IMG/VR virus record: IMGVR_UViG_3300025467_000009
Span: 32,001-96,000 of that record
Origin: a virus
Reading direction: 5' to 3' (one strand)
DNA: 64,000 nt
This document shows positions 59,327 to 64,000 of this stretch, in pieces. The translations under genes and the position numbers were made by a program. The notes beneath the pieces were generated by a model. That model searched no databases. It had not been told where the DNA came from and saw only the letters and a list, made by a program, of their open reading frames with translations. Each line of letters starts with the position of its first letter. Position 1 is the stretch's first letter.

Positions 59327-60184
59327 ATGGATCTATACCTAGGAGCACCTTTTGCTCACATTCAATCATCTGCCCCTGGGTATGCATTAGCTCATGAAAT
59401 GACAGGTTTTACTGTTATGGAGCAATACAGTAAACTACCTAAACTTTTCCTTGATAATGGTGCTGATGAACTTGGAACAGGCCAGAGTGGTATGCGACTT
59501 GCCTATCTTGCAGGAAGATTAAAATCAAACTTTCTAATACTACCGGATGTCCTTCACAAAGATAAACTTACTAGAAAAAAGGGTGAGAAGTTTTTTGAAC
59601 AAATGAAAGATAGTGGATACCAAGGTAACTTTATTGGTGTAATCCAAGCAAAGACTTTGGAGAAAGGTCTTGAAAGTTACAAGTGGTGGGCAAGAAGTGG
59701 AATGGTAGATAGGATTGGGATTACTTATGATACTAAGATCCCTAACACAACTTTTAAAGAGTTTGCATGGGGTGGAAGATTAAACTTTTTGTTTGAACTG
59801 GCAAAAACAAATGTTTATGACAATAATCCAATAGGACTTCACTTGCTTGGTACACTAGATGTGCATGAACTCTATGTATTAAACCACTATCCAGAGTTTG
59901 AATATATTATTAAGTATATGGTTGATAGTCATGATACTACAATGCCTTACGCTTGTGATACTCCATTTGTAGTTGAAGATTATTCAATTAAATTAGGGCG
60001 TGCAAAGGATTATCCCCGTCAAGATTTTAAAGCAAAACTAGAGGGTGAAAGACTTGAGATTGCTGAGTGGAATGTAGCGGCATACTTGACTGCTTGCAAG
60101 ATTAAACCAAGTGACTGGCCAAAATATCTAGGTGATAAAGCAGTTCAATTATTTAGTGATTTTGAGTATCATTATGACCACTAA
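59327..60184 (+). CDS. TGT/DpdA-like TIM-barrel protein (putative base-exchange transglycosylase)
   Basis: FLDNGADELG, LILPDV, IGVIQ, LHLLG, DSHDTTMP occur in the order of tRNA-guanine-transglycosylase-fold motifs. Confidence 0.55.
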   Translation: MDLYLGAPFAHIQSSAPGYALAHEMTGFTVMEQYSKLPKLFLDNGADELGTGQSGMRLAYLAGRLKSNFLILPDVLHKDKLTRKKGEKFFEQMKDSGYQGNFIGVIQAKTLEKGLESYKWWARSGMVDRIGITYDTKIPNTTFKEFAWGGRLNFLFELAKTNVYDNNPIGLHLLGTLDVHELYVLNHYPEFEYIIKYMVDSHDTTMPYACDTPFVVEDYSIKLGRAKDYPRQDFKAKLEGERLEIAEWNVAAYLTACKIKPSDWPKYLGDKAVQLFSDFEYHYDH

Positions 60185-61139
60185 GAAAACATTCCTTCTT
60201 GTTGATGGTCACAATGTTTTTATTCGTGCTTACTCAGGATTAGCAAAACAAGATTTTAGAAACTCTGATGGTATTGCAACTTGGGGTGTTTACGGATTCT
60301 TAAATACCTTAACTTCAATGGTTCGTAGATACCAACCAACCCATGTTCTTGTTACTTTTGATAAAGGAAAAAGTAGCAAAAGACTTGAAATGTATCCTCA
60401 ATACAAAGCAAATAGAGATAAGGATTCTAAAGAAAGAATTGCTAAAAAAGTAGCGGCAGGAGAAGTAGATGAATTCTTGCCACAATTTGATTTGCTTTTT
60501 GAATTCCTTAAATCAATGGGTGTACCATACCTTAGGATTAGTGGTGTTGAGGCAGATGATATTATTGCTAAGGCCTCAATTGAATTTGGTCCACTCTTTG
60601 ATAAAGTTGTAATTATCAGTGCAGACCATGACATTAGACAACTAATTAGAAATAATGTTATAGTTGTAAAACCTAGTTTAAGTCAGAGTAGAGACGTTAA
60701 AGAAGAAGTATTTACAGTTGAAAAAACTCTTGAAGAATGGGGAGTTGAACCTTGGAGGTTACCAGAAATATGGGCACTCATGGGAGACAAGGGAGACAAC
60801 ATACCTGGAGTACCAGGCATAGGACCAGTAAAAGCTAAAAAACTTATACAAGATTTTGGTAACCTTGAAAAAGCAATACAATCAGAAAAAGTAAACGAAT
60901 ATGAACCAACAGTTCGTAGAGCATTTAAACTTATTCAACTTGATGGTAAAGATGACATACCATTTCCACCTTTAGGAAATTTACAGTTTAACCCGATAAC
61001 TAAAGAAATTCCCAATCATGGCTTGAAATTGCAGGAGATGCTCGACTATTTTGAATTTAATGTAATTAAAGAACGTTGGGAAAACAATGAACTTTGGTCA
61101 GAAAAGACCTTTGGTAGAAAGTTAGGAAACAATGGATAA
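60174..61139 (+). CDS. 5'-3' exonuclease / flap endonuclease (PolA N-terminal-like)
   Basis: LLVDGHN, FD, YKANR, EADDIIA, SADHD, LMGDKGDNIPGVPGIGPVKA. Confidence 0.9.
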   Translation: MTTKKTFLLVDGHNVFIRAYSGLAKQDFRNSDGIATWGVYGFLNTLTSMVRRYQPTHVLVTFDKGKSSKRLEMYPQYKANRDKDSKERIAKKVAAGEVDEFLPQFDLLFEFLKSMGVPYLRISGVEADDIIAKASIEFGPLFDKVVIISADHDIRQLIRNNVIVVKPSLSQSRDVKEEVFTVEKTLEEWGVEPWRLPEIWALMGDKGDNIPGVPGIGPVKAKKLIQDFGNLEKAIQSEKVNEYEPTVRRAFKLIQLDGKDDIPFPPLGNLQFNPITKEIPNHGLKLQEMLDYFEFNVIKERWENNELWSEKTFGRKLGNNG

Positions 61140-62202
61140 CAAAAAAGTAGATAAGATAATTTCTAATGCAATAGAGTATGTTAAAGATCCGATTAATTCC
61201 CCTGACTTTAATACAGTTGCACTGGACCTTTATGACCTTCACCGTGAATTGAACCCAGTTTATAGTAAATATGACAAAGGTCCTTTAAAAGATTGGCGTG
61301 AAATTCCATTAATGCCTATCGGTGAATTTAAAAAAGGTGATGTAGGGATTACTCTTAGTGACCGCATGCCTTTCCCTGGAGTAGAGTTCCATTCAAGTGG
61401 TACAACGCAAGGTGACAAGAGTAAACACCGTATGTATGATACTGAACCTTATAGAGCAAGTATTGCTGCTGGTTTTAAGCAAAGTGTACACCCTACTAGT
61501 TACCCTAGGTTTAGAGTTATTCTACTTACCCCTAAACTACCTAATAGTAGTTTATACTACATGATGAGTTATGTTAGTGAACTTTTTGACCATCGTGGAG
61601 TTCGTGAAGAGTTTGATGGACTAAATGACATGTTTAGGGTACAGGCATTACTAGATGAACTAAGAGAAGAAAAAGAACCAGTATTGTTATTTGGAACTAG
61701 TTTGGCCTTTTATGACTTGATGACTACCATAGAGACAAATGGAATGCAATCTTTTAAACTCCCAGAGAGTTCAATGATGATTGAAACCGGAGGTTGGAAG
61801 GGGAGAGACATTAAGATTACCCCTTGGGACTTAACTACTAAAGTAAGTTTGTTTTTTGACATATCTTTTGATAATTGTATCCGTGAATACAGTATGAGTG
61901 AAATGTCTAGTCAACTATGGTCTTCAGGTAATGACCCAGGAAATGTAAATTATTATTGGCCTCAATGGTTGAGTGTTAGATTAGTTGACCCACTATCTCA
62001 AGTTGAGGTTCCTTATGGTCAAAGTGGTATTATTAGTTTTGTAGATTTAGCAAATGTTTGGAGTTGCCCCTTTATCTTGACCGAAGACATGGGCCACCTA
62101 TACAATGATAATGGAATTGATGCCCTAGTATTAGAAGGAAGAGCAATTAATGCACCTGAGAAAGGATGTAGTCTAACTTATGCGGAAGCAATGGGTAATT
62201 AA
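61132..62202 (+). CDS. luxE: LuxE-like acyl-protein synthetase
   Basis: FHSSGTT, IETGGWKGR, EYSMSEMSSQ, DLAN..SCPFILTEDMG, GRA..A..KGCS (C-terminal acylated Cys). Confidence 0.8.
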   Translation: MDNKKVDKIISNAIEYVKDPINSPDFNTVALDLYDLHRELNPVYSKYDKGPLKDWREIPLMPIGEFKKGDVGITLSDRMPFPGVEFHSSGTTQGDKSKHRMYDTEPYRASIAAGFKQSVHPTSYPRFRVILLTPKLPNSSLYYMMSYVSELFDHRGVREEFDGLNDMFRVQALLDELREEKEPVLLFGTSLAFYDLMTTIETNGMQSFKLPESSMMIETGGWKGRDIKITPWDLTTKVSLFFDISFDNCIREYSMSEMSSQLWSSGNDPGNVNYYWPQWLSVRLVDPLSQVEVPYGQSGIISFVDLANVWSCPFILTEDMGHLYNDNGIDALVLEGRAINAPEKGCSLTYAEAMGN

Positions 62203-63214
62203 TCCAGATGTAGGTTTTTCTAAAGTCCTTGCAGAGTTTGGAAGATTCCTAGAAGAAGATTATAAGATGGCAATAGGTGCTTTAACGGTTCCCCACGCCT
62301 TTGAAGAGTACACAGAAAAGACAGGTAGAAATTTTGTAATTGTAGGAGCAAGGAGTGTACCAACCGCTACTGCAAAGAGTGTTTTCCTTTGTCTTAAATT
62401 GGCAGGACCAGAAAGTGTAACTGTAAAGGCACCAACAATTGATGAAGGTTTCTTAATTGATAATGTTATTGAATACTATGGTAAAGATATTAGGTGTAAG
62501 GTATTCAATGACCCAAGTGAACAACTTGAATTATCACTAGAATGGCGTAAAGCACTTGATGAAGCAACAGATATAGTTGTTTTTGGTGGTGGTGACACAG
62601 TTGCTAGATTTAAAGAACTAGAAAATGAACATCGTCAAGTTCACATTCATGGTCCTAAGTTTTCATTTGGTATTGTTAGAGCAGAAGATTTAAGTCTTTC
62701 TTACATGGAAGAAATTGGTTTTGATTTTTATTCATTCTATGGTGAAGGTTGTCTATCTCCAAAGTTTTATGTAGTAGTTGGAGAGACAGCACCACAAATG
62801 TGGAAAGAGATGTCTGAGGTTTATTCAAACCTTTATGCCTCATATGTTGATGAGTTTAGAGCAAAGTTGCCACTTTCAAGGAAAAGCGAATTAGTGCAAC
62901 AGTTCCTAAACTCCAATTATGTAGCAAAATATATTCGTAGGGAAGACTTGAATTCTAATGAAATATTTTCTACACTTTATGGTGACGTACGCTTTATAGT
63001 AGTAGAAAGTTTAGATGATTTGGAAGAATTCATTGAAAAATGGCGTTTTCAAATTAGTACAGTAGCAATTAACGAACAAGATGATGAAATAGTAGATTTT
63101 GTTGAAAGTCATATGATTACTAGAATCTGTGATATTGGTCAGATGCAGTTCCCAGATTTCTTTGAACAATTTGACACAACAGATGACTTTGACATTTACA
63201 CAGGAGGATATTAA
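62180..63214 (+). CDS. luxC: LuxC-like acyl-CoA/acyl-protein reductase (compact)
   Basis: VVFGGGDTV, HGPKFSFGIV, GEGCLSP catalytic Cys motif, TRIC.IGQMQFP. Confidence 0.7.
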   Translation: MRKQWVINPDVGFSKVLAEFGRFLEEDYKMAIGALTVPHAFEEYTEKTGRNFVIVGARSVPTATAKSVFLCLKLAGPESVTVKAPTIDEGFLIDNVIEYYGKDIRCKVFNDPSEQLELSLEWRKALDEATDIVVFGGGDTVARFKELENEHRQVHIHGPKFSFGIVRAEDLSLSYMEEIGFDFYSFYGEGCLSPKFYVVVGETAPQMWKEMSEVYSNLYASYVDEFRAKLPLSRKSELVQQFLNSNYVAKYIRREDLNSNEIFSTLYGDVRFIVVESLDDLEEFIEKWRFQISTVAINEQDDEIVDFVESHMITRICDIGQMQFPDFFEQFDTTDDFDIYTGGY

Positions 63215-64000
63215 TGAGTGATTATTTAGCTAGAACTAACCCTTGGCCTTACGACATAACAATTACTGGTGCAAAGGGTGGTTATTATCAAACTAAAGAG
63301 TACGGGGACATGTTTGATATGGCCTGTGGTATTGCTGTAAACAATTTAGGTCACAGAAACAAAAAGATTCTTAATGCCTCATTGAAAGTTTTAGATAAGT
63401 ATGCTCACGTTAATGTTTATGGTGAGTTCAATATTAAAGAGCAATTGAAGTATGCTGAACTATTAAGTGAACGTTTTTCAACCCTTACAATGAGTAATGG
63501 AATTGATGAAAATAATAAAACTTGGTTCTGCACTAGCGGAACAGAAGCAAATGAACTTGCCATGAAGCTTGCAATGCTAAGTACACAAAGAAAAGGTTTC
63601 ATTGCCCTTGAGAATGGTTTTCATGGACGTACTCTTGGAAGTTTGAGTTTAACTCACAAACCTCAATACAGAGAACCATTTAAGAGTATGGTTAACAAAA
63701 ATCTTACTAAGTGGATTGTTCCTGGAGAAGAAATCCCAGATGAGTATAAAGACAGAGCAGCATTTTTTATGGAACTGGTTCAAGGAGAAGCAGGAGTAGT
63801 TGCTCAAGACAAAGAATGGGCAAAGTATGTTAGTGACTGGTGTCATGAAAATGGTGTTCTTTTGGTCATTGATGAAGTACAAACAGGGTTTGGTAGAACC
63901 GGTACACACTTTGTTCTTGACCAATACCAAGATGTTTATCCGGACATTGTAACCTTGGGGAAAGCAGCAGGTGGAGGTTATCCTTTGGGTGCAGTAGTTG
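63214..64000 (+). CDS. class-III PLP aminotransferase (ArgD/ornithine-AT-like), runs off the window end
   Basis: AGGAGG RBS; translated by hand: GIAVNNLGH, SGTEANE, FHGRTLGSLS, ELVQGEAG, DEVQTGFGRTG, PDIVTLGKA.GGG. Confidence 0.9.
   Translation, partial: MSDYLARTNPWPYDITITGAKGGYYQTKEYGDMFDMACGIAVNNLGHRNKKILNASLKVLDKYAHVNVYGEFNIKEQLKYAELLSERFSTLTMSNGIDENNKTWFCTSGTEANELAMKLAMLSTQRKGFIALENGFHGRTLGSLSLTHKPQYREPFKSMVNKNLTKWIVPGEEIPDEYKDRAAFFMELVQGEAGVVAQDKEWAKYVSDWCHENGVLLVIDEVQTGFGRTGTHFVLDQYQDVYPDIVTLGKAAGGGYPLGAVV

Noticed and set aside
60174-61139. Full DNA polymerase I
   Set aside because: Only the 5'-3' exonuclease domain is present
61132-63214. Bioluminescence (lux) operon
   Set aside because: No luxA/luxB or luxD in the window; the next gene is an aminotransferase. 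The region past the window edge is unseen.
1196-63930. Minus-strand and alternate-frame ORFs in the track
   Set aside because: They are shadows of long + strand genes with biased codons and show no RBS or motifs
1-64000. Stop-codon reassignment
   Set aside because: Coding is dense under code 11, and TAA, TAG and TGA all end genes right beside the next start

Overview
This window is 64 kb of an AT-rich tailed dsDNA phage genome with a contractile (myovirus-type) tail. All credible genes are on the + strand. WhiB, an Rpf-type transglycosylase and an MSMEG_6728-family protein point to an actinobacterial host. 1-47.9 kb is the virion region: an expanded modular array of paralogous adaptor and Gly-rich/LamG/beta-propeller fibre genes, a very basic repeat protein, an NlpC/P60 lysin, neck, sheath, tube, chaperones with a -1 frameshift, tape measure and baseplate. 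47.9-64 kb is the early/middle region with six sigma-70-type promoters: SNF2-like helicase, secreted Rpf, a structured RNA candidate, WhiB, three glycosyltransferases, three tRNAs (including an unusual tRNA-Ser(ACT)) with an anti-Shine-Dalgarno hairpin between two of them, an HslV-like protease and many small ORFs. The strongest novelty candidate is the last operon: TGT/DpdA-like protein, 5'-3' exonuclease, LuxE-like synthetase, LuxC-like reductase and a class-III aminotransferase. It looks like an acid-to-aldehyde-to-amine pathway, possibly for DNA base hypermodification. All calls come from motifs recognised by eye; no database searches were run.
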